Assembly: GCA_963736995.1 (NCBI GenBank)
Contig: CAVTRB010000007.1
Span: forward strand, 623,884-687,883
Origin: an uncultured Chloroflexia bacterium
GTDB taxonomy: Bacteria > Chloroflexota > Ktedonobacteria > Ktedonobacterales > Ktedonobacteraceae
DNA: 64,000 nucleotides
Direction: 5' to 3'
The position numbers and the translations under genes are program-made. The notes beneath the pieces were generated by a model. The model saw nothing but the letters and a program-made list of their open reading frames with translations, was not told where the DNA came from and made no database searches. This document shows, piece after piece, positions 59,731 to 64,000 of the stretch. Each line of letters begins with the position of its first letter. Positions within the stretch are counted from its first letter, which is position 1.

Positions 59731-64000
<4,270 letters not shown>

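Overview
64 kb from a moderately high-GC bacterium. The gene content and EF-Tu/r-protein sequences suggest Chloroflexota, possibly Ktedonobacteria-like, but this taxon call is low-confidence inference. Three parts. (1) nt 1-21.6k is ordinary chromosomal genes: GNAT, two tandem FemAB-family genes, response regulators, a CMD/AhpD-like gene, a methyltransferase, a DUF4331 cluster, ruvB, cyclase, choline-kinase-like kinase, sarcosine/dimethylglycine-dehydrogenase-like enzyme, BNR protein, Ser/Thr kinase and an ECF sigma/anti-sigma pair. (2) nt ~21.7-26.8k is a visibly GC-poor accessory island. It carries a CCWGG-type restriction-modification module: canonical EcoRII, a Dcm-like C5-MTase, a MutY/EndoIII-family glycosylase where Vsr would sit, and a second, divergent EcoRII-C nuclease. 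(3) nt 26.9-34.3k is metabolic genes (peptide ABC binding protein, arginase, ilvE, two LLM oxidoreductases of which one is frameshifted, TetR, DinB). From 34.3k to the window end, all on the minus strand, runs a contiguous block: rpoC, str, S10, spc, alpha, truA-rplM-rpsI. No rRNA, tRNA, transposase or integrase was recognised. Most notable observations: the twin EcoRII-C nucleases sharing one methyltransferase; an in-frame TGA at the second Cys of the CxxC motif of a CMD/AhpD-like gene (candidate selenoprotein); a GTAG-headed REP-like palindromic repeat family, of which one ~62-nt member occurs four times in the r-protein block and is translated in frame inside rpsC and rplD; CRISPR-repeat-like hairpin pairs in two unusually long r-protein intergenic spacers; and many unusually long ribosomal proteins.
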